DNA of 64,000 nucleotides from an uncultured Desulfosarcina sp. (GTDB lineage: Bacteria; Desulfobacterota; Desulfobacteria; Desulfobacterales; Desulfosarcinaceae), in the NCBI GenBank assembly GCA_963674945.2, contig CAXXWQ010000004.1:128001-192000 (forward strand). Reading direction: 5' to 3'. Of the stretch, positions 1-9,547 are shown piece by piece; the stretch's first letter is position 1; the number at the start of each line of letters is the position of its first letter. The notes beneath the pieces are model-generated. The model made no database searches. It was not told where the DNA came from and saw only the letters and a list, made by a program, of their open reading frames with translations. Both the position numbers and the translations under genes were made by a program.

Positions 1-1
1 G

Positions 2-1906
2 CGCGACGGCTGTGCGGGTTTTTTCACCGAAGAAGAGGTGGCCAACTCCGGGGGCATCATCCTCACCGAAGAGGAGCGCCGGCCCGCTTCGGGGAAAACC
101 CCGGCCGGGTGGCGGACACCGGTGCCCATGGCCGAGGAATCCTTTTCGACGACCCAGCTGGATGCCCTTCGCCGGGGAGACCTCGCCGGATGTTTCGGTA
201 CCCCCTTCGAAGGCATCTCCCTTGCCGACGGCCTCTGCCTGCCCGACGGCCGCATGCGGTTGATTCACCGGATCGTCCGTCTGGAACCCGACGGTGGACG
301 ATACGGCATCGGCCTCATCCGGGCGGAAGCGGACATCCACCCCGATGACTGGTTTCTCACCTGTCACTTCGTGGATGACATGGTCATGCCCGGTACCTTG
401 ATGTACGAATGCTGCGCCCACACCCTGCGGGTCTTTCTCTTACGGATGGGATGGGTGACGGACCGGCCGGGGGCATGCCTGGAACCGGTGATCGGCAACG
501 GGGCGCGTCTCAAATGCCGGGGACCGGTCACTCCTTTAACGAAACACGTGCACTACGAAATCCAGATCAGCGAAATCGGCTACGGACCGGAACCCTATGT
601 GATTGCGGACGCCCACATGTTTGCAGACGACCACCCCATCGTCTTTTTCAAGAACATGTCCATGAAGATGACCGGTGTGGACCAACAGGAGATCGCCCGG
701 GTATGGCAACGCCGAAAAGCCAATGACCGTTCCCGGCGACCCGATACGGCAAAACCATTGTTCGATAAGGCTGCCATCCTGGCCTTTGCCGTGGGAAATC
801 CCTCCGACGCCTTTGGAGAGCCCTACCGCGTCTTCGATGAGAATCGATTCATCGCCCGGTTGCCCGGCCCCCCCTATAGTTTCATGGACCGGGTAATCCA
901 CGCACAACCCGAACCATGGGTGCTGAAACCCGGTGGCTGGGCCACGGCCCAATACGAAGTCCCAAAAACCGCCTGGTATTTTTCCGCCGACAGCAGCGGT
1001 GTCATGCCTATCTGCGTGCTTTTGGAAACCGCCCTGCAGCCCTGCGGCTGGCTGGCGGCCTATGCCGGATCATCTCTTCGAAGCGAGAAGGATCTGAAAT
1101 TTCGCAATTTGGGGGGAAGCGCCGTTTTGCACCGGCAGGTAACGCCGGAATCGGGAACCTTGACCATGCGCAGCCGCATGACGAAGGTGAGCGAGGCCAT
1201 GGACATGATTATCCAGAATTTCGACTTCGAAGTATTGGCCGGCGATGAACCGGTCTACACCGGCGACGCCTATTTCGGTTTCTTCTCCAAAGAGGCCTTG
1301 GATCAGCAAAGCGGCCTGGGTCACCAGGATTCACTGGTTCAGGCCATGGCGCCCTTTGAAGATGGCACGAAAAACGGTCGGGAACTGGAAAAAACCACCC
1401 CGATGACGCCCGATGCGGCAGAAGGCATGGATCCGTTCGTCGACCGGCTGCTTCTGCCCGCCAAAGCCCTGCTCATGATCGACGCCATCGAGGCACATAT
1501 TCAGGTTCCGGACGATCCCGCGTCGGACTACATCCGTGGCGTGAAACGGGTGGACCCCGGCGAGTGGTTTTTCAAGGCGCACTTTTATCAGGATCCGGTC
1601 TGTCCCGGTTCGCTGGGGATCGAATCCTTCATCCAATTGATGAAAGTCGTGGCAATGGAAAAATGGCCGCATTTTTGCGGTTCCCATCGATTCCGCCTGG
1701 TTGAAAAACGCCGGCACCAATGGACCTATCGCGGTCAGATCATCCCTGAAAACAAAACCGTCCGGGTGGTTGCCCGGGTCGTCTGTGTACGGGAAGAGCC
1801 ACAACCGATCCTGCGGGCAGAAGGCCTGCTCGAGGTGGACGGCCTGACCATCTACAAGATGGAAAACTTCGAACTGGCATTGGTGCCGGGATTGATGAAA
1901 GGTTGA
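2..1906 (+). CDS. pfaC: PUFA synthase PfaC/PfaBC-type subunit, C-terminal FabA-like dehydratase domains (5'-truncated by window)
   Basis: Frame is open from base 2 (RDGCAGFFTEEEVANSGG). Tandem hot-dog dehydratase motifs WFLTCHFVDDMVMPGTLMYE and WFFKAHFYQDPVCPGSLGIE flank a pseudo-DH (WYF...MPICVLLETALQPCG). Confidence 0.88.
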   Translation, partial: RDGCAGFFTEEEVANSGGIILTEEERRPASGKTPAGWRTPVPMAEESFSTTQLDALRRGDLAGCFGTPFEGISLADGLCLPDGRMRLIHRIVRLEPDGGRYGIGLIRAEADIHPDDWFLTCHFVDDMVMPGTLMYECCAHTLRVFLLRMGWVTDRPGACLEPVIGNGARLKCRGPVTPLTKHVHYEIQISEIGYGPEPYVIADAHMFADDHPIVFFKNMSMKMTGVDQQEIARVWQRRKANDRSRRPDTAKPLFDKAAILAFAVGNPSDAFGEPYRVFDENRFIARLPGPPYSFMDRVIHAQPEPWVLKPGGWATAQYEVPKTAWYFSADSSGVMPICVLLETALQPCGWLAAYAGSSLRSEKDLKFRNLGGSAVLHRQVTPESGTLTMRSRMTKVSEAMDMIIQNFDFEVLAGDEPVYTGDAYFGFFSKEALDQQSGLGHQDSLVQAMAPFEDGTKNGRELEKTTPMTPDAAEGMDPFVDRLLLPAKALLMIDAIEAHIQVPDDPASDYIRGVKRVDPGEWFFKAHFYQDPVCPGSLGIESFIQLMKVVAMEKWPHFCGSHRFRLVEKRRHQWTYRGQIIPENKTVRVVARVVCVREEPQPILRAEGLLEVDGLTIYKMENFELALVPGLMKG

Positions 1907-1908
1907 TC

Positions 1909-2823
1909 ATGCCCCCTTCCGGCAACCTCGTAAAACCTGCCGATTACCGCCCCCTCTATCCCTTCCGATCCGCTTTTCTGGATCGAAACGGACTCAAGTA
2001 CCACTACATCGACCAGGGAAAAGGAGAACCGATCGTGATGGTTCACGGCAACCCCACCTGGTCCTTTTTCTTTCGAAGACTCATCGAAGAATTCTCCGGC
2101 CGATACCGAACCGTGGTGCCGGACCACATGGGGTGCGGGCTTTCCGACAAACCGGGCGAAAGCCAGTATGGATTTGGTCTGCAAGACCGACTGGACGACT
2201 TTTCCGCCCTGATGGATCACCTGGTCCTGGACCGTGTCACCCTGCTGGTTCACGACTGGGGCGGCATGATCGGCATGGCATGGGCGCTGGCACACCCGAA
2301 ACGCGTGGCACGGTTGATCATCACCAACACGGCCGGCTTCTTCCCGCCGGGAAACAAGCGGATCCCCTGGCGTCTCTGGATCATCCGCAATTTCGCCTTT
2401 TTTGCACGCCCGGCGGTATTGCGGGCAAACCTGTTCGCCCGTTCGGCCATCTATGTGGCGCCCAAAAAATCCCTTTCTCCACAGGTTCGAAGGGGCCTGT
2501 TGGCGCCATACAACAGTCCGGTGAACCGACTGGCCACCTTGCGGTTCGTCCAGGATATTCCCCTGGCGCCGGGAGATCCCGGCTTTACCATCGTAGACCG
2601 GGTGGATCGAAACCTCGGTTCGCTATCCCATCTTCCCATGCTGATCCTTTGGGGAAGGCACGATTTCGTGTTCGATGTGGATTACTACCGGGAATGGTGC
2701 CGGCGTTTTCCCGGTGCGACGCACCATCTGTTCGACGACGCCGGCCACTATTTGATGGAGGACGTGCCGCAACAGATCATCGCCAGGGTGCGTGTCTTTC
2801 TGAAACAGAACCCCATAGCCTGA
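1909..2823 (+). CDS. oleB: OleB-type alpha/beta hydrolase (beta-lactone decarboxylase, haloalkane dehalogenase fold)
   Basis: HGNPTWS, nucleophile motif VHDWGG and DAGHY catalytic His; directly upstream of oleC/oleD. ATG 1909 preferred over TTG 1903 (GAAAGG upstream). Confidence 0.88.
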   Translation: MPPSGNLVKPADYRPLYPFRSAFLDRNGLKYHYIDQGKGEPIVMVHGNPTWSFFFRRLIEEFSGRYRTVVPDHMGCGLSDKPGESQYGFGLQDRLDDFSALMDHLVLDRVTLLVHDWGGMIGMAWALAHPKRVARLIITNTAGFFPPGNKRIPWRLWIIRNFAFFARPAVLRANLFARSAIYVAPKKSLSPQVRRGLLAPYNSPVNRLATLRFVQDIPLAPGDPGFTIVDRVDRNLGSLSHLPMLILWGRHDFVFDVDYYREWCRRFPGATHHLFDDAGHYLMEDVPQQIIARVRVFLKQNPIA

Positions 2824-2836
2824 AACGGGACGACCA

Positions 2837-4510
2837 ATGGAAAACAATCCGGAAACATCTACTTCCGATACCGTGAACGTTGCCACCCACCTTCGCAGGA
2901 TGGCCCTCATTCAGCCCTACAAGCGAGCCGTGGTATGCTCTGCCGGCAAGGATCGGCTGGGCCGCGTTGCCTACACCCACCTCACCTTTCGACAACTGGA
3001 CACGGAATCGGATCGCATGGCCATAGGACTGGACCAGGCGGGCGTCGGCCGCGGGGTCCGGACCATTCTCATGGTCAAGCCCAGCCTGGATTTCTTCGCA
3101 CTTGTCTTCGCATTGTTCAAAGTAGGTGCCGTACCCGTGGTGGTGGATCCGGGCATGGGGGTGCGTCGCATGTTGGACTGCCTTGCCGAAAGCCGGGCCC
3201 GCGCCCTGATCGGAATCCCCCCGGCACACGTCCTTCGGACCCTGGCGCCGTCTGCCTTTAAAACAGTCAAAACCTTTATCACCGTCGGACGCCGATGGTT
3301 CTGGGGCGGGCCGACGCTGGATCGGGTAAGAGAAAAGCCATGGGCCCCTTTTCCCATGGCCGACACGACGGCAGACGAGATCGCCGCCATTCTCTTTACC
3401 ACGGGAAGCACCGGACCGGCCAAAGGAGTGATTTATACCCATGGCGTATTCGATGCCCAGGTAACCAACATCCGTGCCCAATTCGGCATAACACCGGACG
3501 ACATCGATCTGCCCACCTTTCCCCTCTTCGCCCTGTTCGATCCGGCCCTTGGCATGACCGCCGTCATTCCGGACATGGACCCCACGAAACCGGCCCGGGT
3601 CGATCCAGAAAAAATCGTCGAAGCCATCGTCAATCACGGGGTAACCAACATGTTCGGCTCCCCTGCCCTGCTCGACCGGATGGGGCGCCATGGCGAGGCA
3701 AAAAAACTCACCCTTCCCTCCTTGAAACGTGTGATCAGCGCCGGTGCCCCCATCGCACCGTCCAATATCGAACGATTCGCAAATCTTCTCGAAGAAGGTG
3801 GCCTTTTGCACACCGGGTACGGCGCCACCGAAGCCATGCCGGTCAGTTCCTTCGATAGTGATCAGATCTTGAACGAAACACGAAAACGCAGCGAGAAGGG
3901 ATACGGTGTCTGCGTGGGAAGGCCCATTACCGGCATCGATGTTTGCATCATCCGCATCATCGACGGCCACATCAACCAGTTGCAAGAGGATATGATACTG
4001 CCCATGGGCGATATCGGCGAGATCACCGTTCGGGGCCGCCAGGTAACCCGTGGTTATTTCGACCAACCCGAAGAGGACATGTTGTCCAAAATTCTCGACG
4101 GTGATACATTCTGGCACCGCATGGGCGACCTTGGCTGGCTGGACACCAAGGGTCGCATCTGGTTCTGTGGTCGCAAGAGCCATCGGGTGGTGGGTGAGAA
4201 AAAGGTCTTTTACACCATCCCCTGTGAGGCCATTTTCAACAATCATCCGGATGTGTTTCGAAGTGCATTGGTGGGTGTGGGAAAAAAGGGGCAGCAGCGC
4301 CCTGTGATCTGTATCGAAAGGGAACACGGACGCCGGACCAAGAGGAAGAAAGCATTAAAAAAGGAACTGCTGGACCTTGCCAAATCCAGCCCCATCACCG
4401 AGGAGATCGATACGATTCTCTTTCACCCTGCTTTTCCCGTGGATATCCGCCACAATTCGAAAATATTCAGGGAAAAACTGGCGGTTTGGGCGAATAAAAA
4501 GACAAAATAG
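2837..4510 (+). CDS. oleC: OleC-type AMP-dependent ligase (beta-lactone synthetase)
   Basis: FTTGSTGPAKG P-loop, YGATEA, HRMGDLG, WFCGRKSHRV, and the C-terminal FPVDIRHNSKIFREKLAVWA typical of OleC. Confidence 0.9.
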   Translation: MENNPETSTSDTVNVATHLRRMALIQPYKRAVVCSAGKDRLGRVAYTHLTFRQLDTESDRMAIGLDQAGVGRGVRTILMVKPSLDFFALVFALFKVGAVPVVVDPGMGVRRMLDCLAESRARALIGIPPAHVLRTLAPSAFKTVKTFITVGRRWFWGGPTLDRVREKPWAPFPMADTTADEIAAILFTTGSTGPAKGVIYTHGVFDAQVTNIRAQFGITPDDIDLPTFPLFALFDPALGMTAVIPDMDPTKPARVDPEKIVEAIVNHGVTNMFGSPALLDRMGRHGEAKKLTLPSLKRVISAGAPIAPSNIERFANLLEEGGLLHTGYGATEAMPVSSFDSDQILNETRKRSEKGYGVCVGRPITGIDVCIIRIIDGHINQLQEDMILPMGDIGEITVRGRQVTRGYFDQPEEDMLSKILDGDTFWHRMGDLGWLDTKGRIWFCGRKSHRVVGEKKVFYTIPCEAIFNNHPDVFRSALVGVGKKGQQRPVICIEREHGRRTKRKKALKKELLDLAKSSPITEEIDTILFHPAFPVDIRHNSKIFREKLAVWANKKTK

Positions 4511-4612
4511 TGTTAAGCGATTAAGTTTTAAGTGTGAAGTTAATGTATTCTATCTATCTAAAATAGATCCTCATCCTTTCCTTAAAACTTAACCACTTAA
4601 CACTTAAAACTT
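4509..4612. repeat. AT-rich imperfect inverted repeat built from ~7-bp TTAAG units
   Basis: 4509-4532 AGTGTTAAGCGATTAAGTTTTAAG pairs 22/24 with 4581-4604. 4523-4535 pairs perfectly with 4600-4612. Confidence 0.75.
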
Positions 4613-4621
4613 TCTTTTATT

Positions 4622-5689
4622 ATGGAAACAAAAAAACCAAAAAACATATTAGTTACCGGCGGTGGCGGATTTTTAGGCAAAGCGATTATTGTACAGCTGA
4701 AGGAAAAGGGCCATACGATCACCAGCTTTTCCAGAAACCACTATCCGGCATTGGCGGATTTGGGGGTCGAACAGATCTCCGGCGACATCACAGATGCCGA
4801 GGCTGTAAAAAGAGCCGCAGTTGGACGGGACGTCGTATTTCATACGGCCGCCAGAGCCGGTGTGTGGGGTCCTGATGCCGAGTATTACGCAACCAACGTT
4901 ACGGGGACCCAGAACGTCATTGCCGCCTGTAAGACGGGCCATGTTCCCACGCTGATTCATACCAGCAGTCCCAGCGTGATTTTTGACGGCGGTGACATGG
5001 AGGGGGTGGACGAATCGTTTCCCTATCCGAAGCGTTACCATGCCCCCTATCCGGAAACCAAAGCCGCGGCCGAACGATTGGTCATGGCGGCGACAGATGA
5101 AAAGCTTGCGACCATCCTGCTCCGCCCCCACCTGATCTGGGGACCGGAGGACCCGCATCTGGCCCCTCGCCTTCTGAAAAGGGCCAAAAGCCTGAAAAGG
5201 GTTGGCAGCGGCGCCAATCGGGTGGATACGACCTATATCGATAACGCGGCCAGGGCACACGTATTGGCCATGGAAGCCCTCGATCGAAATCCGGTGCTTT
5301 CCGGCAGGGTCTATTTCATCAGCGACGACGATCCCATCGAACTCTGGACCATGATCGATCGAATCCTGGCCGCCGGCGGCAAACCGCCGGTAACCGGCCG
5401 TGTGTCACCCAAGGTAGCCTATTTCCTCGGTGTCGTTTTGGAGTGGGTGTTTGGTACATTGCACATTTCAAAAGAACCGAAGATGACCCGTTTCCTCGCA
5501 GGGGAACTGGCGACCTCCCATTGGTTCGACATCACCGCGGCCAAACGGGATTTGGGTTATTCCGCCGCCATTTCCATCGATGAAGGGATGAAGCGACTGG
5601 CCGACTGGCTCACAAAAACAGAGATGGCCAGCGTTGATGCAATGAGCATTTCAAACAAAAATGACAACGGACGGCAAAAAGGAGAGTGA
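4622..5689 (+). CDS. oleD: OleD-type NAD(P)-dependent 2-alkyl-3-oxoalkanoate reductase (3-beta-HSD/extended SDR)
   Basis: TGGGGFLG Rossmann motif, TSSPSV, YPETK catalytic YxxxK, LRPHLIWGP; located after oleC. Confidence 0.9.
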   Translation: METKKPKNILVTGGGGFLGKAIIVQLKEKGHTITSFSRNHYPALADLGVEQISGDITDAEAVKRAAVGRDVVFHTAARAGVWGPDAEYYATNVTGTQNVIAACKTGHVPTLIHTSSPSVIFDGGDMEGVDESFPYPKRYHAPYPETKAAAERLVMAATDEKLATILLRPHLIWGPEDPHLAPRLLKRAKSLKRVGSGANRVDTTYIDNAARAHVLAMEALDRNPVLSGRVYFISDDDPIELWTMIDRILAAGGKPPVTGRVSPKVAYFLGVVLEWVFGTLHISKEPKMTRFLAGELATSHWFDITAAKRDLGYSAAISIDEGMKRLADWLTKTEMASVDAMSISNKNDNGRQKGE

Positions 5690-6192
5690 TCGTGGAATTG
5701 ACAGAACTGCTTCCCCTGGAAAAATGGATGGAACTGGAAAAAGAGATTCAGGCCCGATCAGGCCTGGCGTCCAACGTGTTCGACACCGAAGGGATCCGCA
5801 TCACCGGCAACAAGGTCTGGGCCAACAATTTGTGCTCGGCCATCAAGGCCACAGACAAGGGGCGGTCCTCCATCTGTGCCGTGTGCCACAATAAACTCGC
5901 CAAACGGGCCACGGAAAAGAGGCAGACGGTCATTGAATCGTGTGAGGCCGGTTTTATGAAAATCGTCGTACCCATTATCGTCGATGGGAATATTATCGGT
6001 TCCGTTGACGCCTGTGGTCTGTTGCCTGCAGGCGGCGAAGTGGATACCGTGCTCGTAAAAAAGGTGATGGATATAAAGCAGTCCGAGATCGAATCGTTGT
6101 GCGACAATATTGCCGCCATCGAAAAGAACTCGGCCGAGGAGGTGGCGCAATTCATCTGGGAAAAAATCGAAGCCGTCGTATCCGAAGGATGA
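5686..6192 (+). CDS. Stand-alone PocR ligand-binding domain protein
   Basis: Cys pattern NNLC...SSIC...SCEAGFMKIVVPI...G. GTG start with GGAGA RBS overlaps the oleD stop. Confidence 0.75.
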   Translation: MIVELTELLPLEKWMELEKEIQARSGLASNVFDTEGIRITGNKVWANNLCSAIKATDKGRSSICAVCHNKLAKRATEKRQTVIESCEAGFMKIVVPIIVDGNIIGSVDACGLLPAGGEVDTVLVKKVMDIKQSEIESLCDNIAAIEKNSAEEVAQFIWEKIEAVVSEG

Positions 6193-6196
6193 TACA

Positions 6197-7141
6197 CTAT
6201 CGTAAATAATAATGGGCAGAGAAAAATAGAACCCCGACAGCCAACATGGCCAGAAGAAGATAGCGAATGGAATCCTTGAGAATAGAAATCGTGCGTCTGG
6301 ATCGATGTTGAATACGATTTTCCACGAGGACCTTTTTCTCTAATCCCACCATGTCCAACTCTTGAATCACAGATCGGACAAGTCGGCGAAGGTCCCTGGT
6401 GAAATTAATCAAACCGGCCGTGTAACGCCGGCAGCGTGTGCAATCTACCAGATGTGCCTTGAGCGCCCTCTTATCATCGGCTGTCAGGTCGGCATTGAGA
6501 TATCGGTCGATGAGGATTTCATCGCATCCGCCTTCCGTGAAAGGCTCGGCCTCATTTTCCGGATCGGAAAATCCCATGAAAAGAGTTTTTGCAATTTGTC
6601 GCCGGGCGTCACGCAGCCGGGAGCGCACAACGCCGATTTTTATGCCCATGACCTCTGCCACCGACGAGTGAGAAAGCCCTACGAGTTCACGCAGGATAAA
6701 CGCGGTCCTGATGGGATCCGGCAACCGTCTCAAAGCGCTTTCCATCTGAAACCGGCGTTTCTCGTCTTCTGCGGACTCTCTTTTCTCTTCAGAATCCTCT
6801 TTCGCCGGGATGACGGCTTCTTCATCCGCGGCCTTTCGCTTTTTCCAGCGTCTATGGATACGGTGCTTCCAATGAAGACAACGGTTGATCGCGATTCGAT
6901 GAAGCCAGATGGGAAGCGGCGTGTCCTGCCCGATGGCACCGACGGTTCGATACACCTCGGAGAAGACCTCGAATGTAATCTCCTGACTCTGTCTGGCATC
7001 TAATGTAATGCCGAAGGCAGTAGAAAAAATTTTCTCTCGAAAACGGCGTACCAGTAAATGAAAAACCCATTCATCTCCACGCTGTAAGCGAGTGATTAAC
7101 TCCTCGTCCTGAACGATTCGGTTTTGGATGGTATTGGACAC
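6197..7141 (-). CDS. ECF-type sigma-70 factor fused to a zf-HC2 (ZAS) anti-sigma domain and C-terminal TM helix
   Basis: Sigma2 (DEELITRLQRGD...WLHRIAINRC), sigma4 (LRRLPDPIRTAFILRELVGLS...VRSRLRDAR), C...HLVDCTRC zinc motif, hydrophobic tail YLLLAMLAVGVLFFSA. Confidence 0.8.
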   Translation of the reverse strand: MSNTIQNRIVQDEELITRLQRGDEWVFHLLVRRFREKIFSTAFGITLDARQSQEITFEVFSEVYRTVGAIGQDTPLPIWLHRIAINRCLHWKHRIHRRWKKRKAADEEAVIPAKEDSEEKRESAEDEKRRFQMESALRRLPDPIRTAFILRELVGLSHSSVAEVMGIKIGVVRSRLRDARRQIAKTLFMGFSDPENEAEPFTEGGCDEILIDRYLNADLTADDKRALKAHLVDCTRCRRYTAGLINFTRDLRRLVRSVIQELDMVGLEKKVLVENRIQHRSRRTISILKDSIRYLLLAMLAVGVLFFSAHYYLR

Positions 7142-7162
7142 CGCTATATTATTCTGATATTA

Positions 7163-7768
7163 TTAAACATTTGGCTGAATACGGATTTCCACGCGACGAT
7201 TCATCTTACGGCCTTGCAAGGTTGCGTTGGTGGCGACGGGCAGACGGGCGCCATATCCGGAAATTTTCATTCGTTGTGTCGGGACACCGTGCTCTGCCAG
7301 ATGCAGCATCACCATTTTGGCACGATGTTCGGAGAGTTGCTGGTTATAGGCATCGGAACCCGTATTGTCGGTATGCCCCTCGATAAGGATCCGCGTCTGG
7401 GAATACTTGATGAGAATCTGAGCGATTTTATCCAACTCATTGCTCAGCCCGATTCGAAGTGCGGCGGTTTCCGGATCGAAACGGACGTCACCTTTGAGTG
7501 TGATGGCCAACAATTGTCCGTCTCTTCGAATCGCCGCGTCCTCAGAGTTGGCCAGCGCTTCTCTCAGCTCGATCTCTTGTTGATCCATCATACGATGATA
7601 TGCGCTGCCGGCGCCGGTTGCATCGAGAACGGCGTCCCTGGCCTTGTCATCGATGGGGATACCCTGGATGCTTCTATCTTTTCCATGTGTTTCGCTCTTG
7701 GATTGGAAAGAGGCACATCCAGTACAAACCAAGGTTACAACAAAGGCAATCGAGACAATTCGTTTCAT
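7163..7768 (-). CDS. OmpA-family peptidoglycan-binding lipoprotein
   Basis: Signal peptide with lipobox (CTGC), IEGHTDNTGSDAYNQQLSEHRA and NRRVEI. Confidence 0.88.
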   Translation of the reverse strand: MKRIVSIAFVVTLVCTGCASFQSKSETHGKDRSIQGIPIDDKARDAVLDATGAGSAYHRMMDQQEIELREALANSEDAAIRRDGQLLAITLKGDVRFDPETAALRIGLSNELDKIAQILIKYSQTRILIEGHTDNTGSDAYNQQLSEHRAKMVMLHLAEHGVPTQRMKISGYGARLPVATNATLQGRKMNRRVEIRIQPNV

Positions 7769-8010
7769 TGTCCATTCTCCTTCCTACCGATCCCATGATG
7801 CGCACAAGAAGCTCTTTGGAATTCAAACCCTGAACACCATAATATAAACGAATCCATGATGGATGTCTAAACAAAAAAATCAAATGGATTTGGATTTTTG
7901 CCATCATCTCGTCCGGTTGCCTTTTTACAACGTTAGTGTTATTACCCCCAGAAATTGGGCACAACCGGTGAATTACCTTCATTTTGCGATACTTTCGCCT
8001 GGAGAGGGCC

Positions 8011-9540
8011 ATGATTCTCATTATCGATTTCGGATCCCAGTTCAACCAGCTTATCGCGCGACGCGTACGCGAATGTCGCGTGTATTGCCAGATTGAACCC
8101 CCTACCGTCACCGTAGAACAAATTCGTTTGTGGAATCCGGAAGGCATTATTCTCTCCGGTGGCCCTGCCAGCATATACGAGAAAGGAAGCCCCCGGGTGG
8201 ATGCCGCCATATTCGACCTGGACATTCCGGTGCTGGGAATCTGTTATGGAATGCATTTCATGGTGGACAGCCTGGGGGGAAAAGTAAAAAAGGCCGAAAA
8301 GCGGGAATACGGTTTCGCCTCCATGAAGATCAAAAAGGAAACAGGCCTGTTCGCCGACATGGAAAAAGAGACCATCACCTGGATGAGCCACGGTGATTCG
8401 ATTCAATCGTTGCCCCAGGGCTTTGCCATTACCGCTTCAACGGATAACACCCGGGTGGCGGCCATGGAACATCCACAAAAGAATTTCTACGGCCTCCAAT
8501 TCCATCCGGAAGTGGCCCATACGGTCAGGGGAAAGAAGATGATTCGTAATTTTCTTTTCCCAATCTGCGGGTGCAAAGCGTCATGGACCATGAAATCCTT
8601 TGCCGCCGAAACCATCGAGCAGATTCGCCAGACCGTCTCCGACAAGAAGGTGATCCTCGGCCTTTCCGGAGGGGTCGACTCTTCCGTGACGGCTCTTTTG
8701 ATCCACAAAGCCATCGGAAAGAACCTCACATGCATTTTCGTGGACAACGGATTGCTTCGAAAAAACGAAGCGGCACAACTAAAAGAGAAGCTTACGACCC
8801 ACCTGAAAATCAATATCCGCTTCGTCAATGCGGCTGGTCGTTTCGTCAAGTCACTGGCCAAGGTCACGGACCCGGAACGGAAACGAAAAATCATCGGCAA
8901 GGTCTTTATGGACGTTTTCGAGGCCGAAGCCAGAAAGATCAAGGATGCGAATTTTTTGGCCCAGGGCACCTTATATCCGGATATTATCGAATCCCAATCG
9001 GCCTTCGGCGGTCCGACCTCGGTGATCAAGTCCCACCACAATGTGGGTGGTCTTCCCAAAAAGATGAAGCTCAAACTGGTGGAGCCCTTGAAATACCTGT
9101 TTAAGGATGAAGTACGAAAGCTTGGGAAAACGCTGGGTCTGGATGAGGATCTGGTGTGGCGACAACCCTTTCCCGGGCCGGGGCTTGCCATCCGGATCAT
9201 CGGAGAAATAACGAAAAAACGCCTGGATGTCTTGCGGGAGGTAGACGCCGTGCTGCTAGAGGAGATCCGGGCATCGGGATATTATCGCAAGTTATGGCAA
9301 TCCTTCGCCGTCTTACTCCCCATCAAGAGTGTCGGCATCATGGGGGATGGTCGAACCTATGAAAATATCGTGGCCATTCGCGCCGTCACCAGCAAAGACG
9401 CCATGACGGCGGATTGGGCAAGGCTCCCGCACAAATTGCTCGGTCGAATCTCCAATCGGATCATCAACGAGGTGCACGGTGTAAATCGTGTTGTTTACGA
9501 TATCAGTTCCAAACCACCGAGTACAATCGAATGGGAATAG
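8011..9540 (+). CDS. guaA: GMP synthase (glutamine-hydrolysing)
   Basis: IIDFGSQ, GICYGM, QFHPEV, SGGVDS, IKSHHNVGGLP, KPPSTIEWE. ATG 8011 follows a GGAGAG RBS. Confidence 0.98.
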   Translation: MILIIDFGSQFNQLIARRVRECRVYCQIEPPTVTVEQIRLWNPEGIILSGGPASIYEKGSPRVDAAIFDLDIPVLGICYGMHFMVDSLGGKVKKAEKREYGFASMKIKKETGLFADMEKETITWMSHGDSIQSLPQGFAITASTDNTRVAAMEHPQKNFYGLQFHPEVAHTVRGKKMIRNFLFPICGCKASWTMKSFAAETIEQIRQTVSDKKVILGLSGGVDSSVTALLIHKAIGKNLTCIFVDNGLLRKNEAAQLKEKLTTHLKINIRFVNAAGRFVKSLAKVTDPERKRKIIGKVFMDVFEAEARKIKDANFLAQGTLYPDIIESQSAFGGPTSVIKSHHNVGGLPKKMKLKLVEPLKYLFKDEVRKLGKTLGLDEDLVWRQPFPGPGLAIRIIGEITKKRLDVLREVDAVLLEEIRASGYYRKLWQSFAVLLPIKSVGIMGDGRTYENIVAIRAVTSKDAMTADWARLPHKLLGRISNRIINEVHGVNRVVYDISSKPPSTIEWE

Positions 9541-9547
9541 GGAAACG

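Noticed and set aside
2777..4327. 516-aa minus-strand ORF
   Set aside because: Antisense shadow of oleC with no recognisable motifs; expected from codon bias in GC-rich genes.
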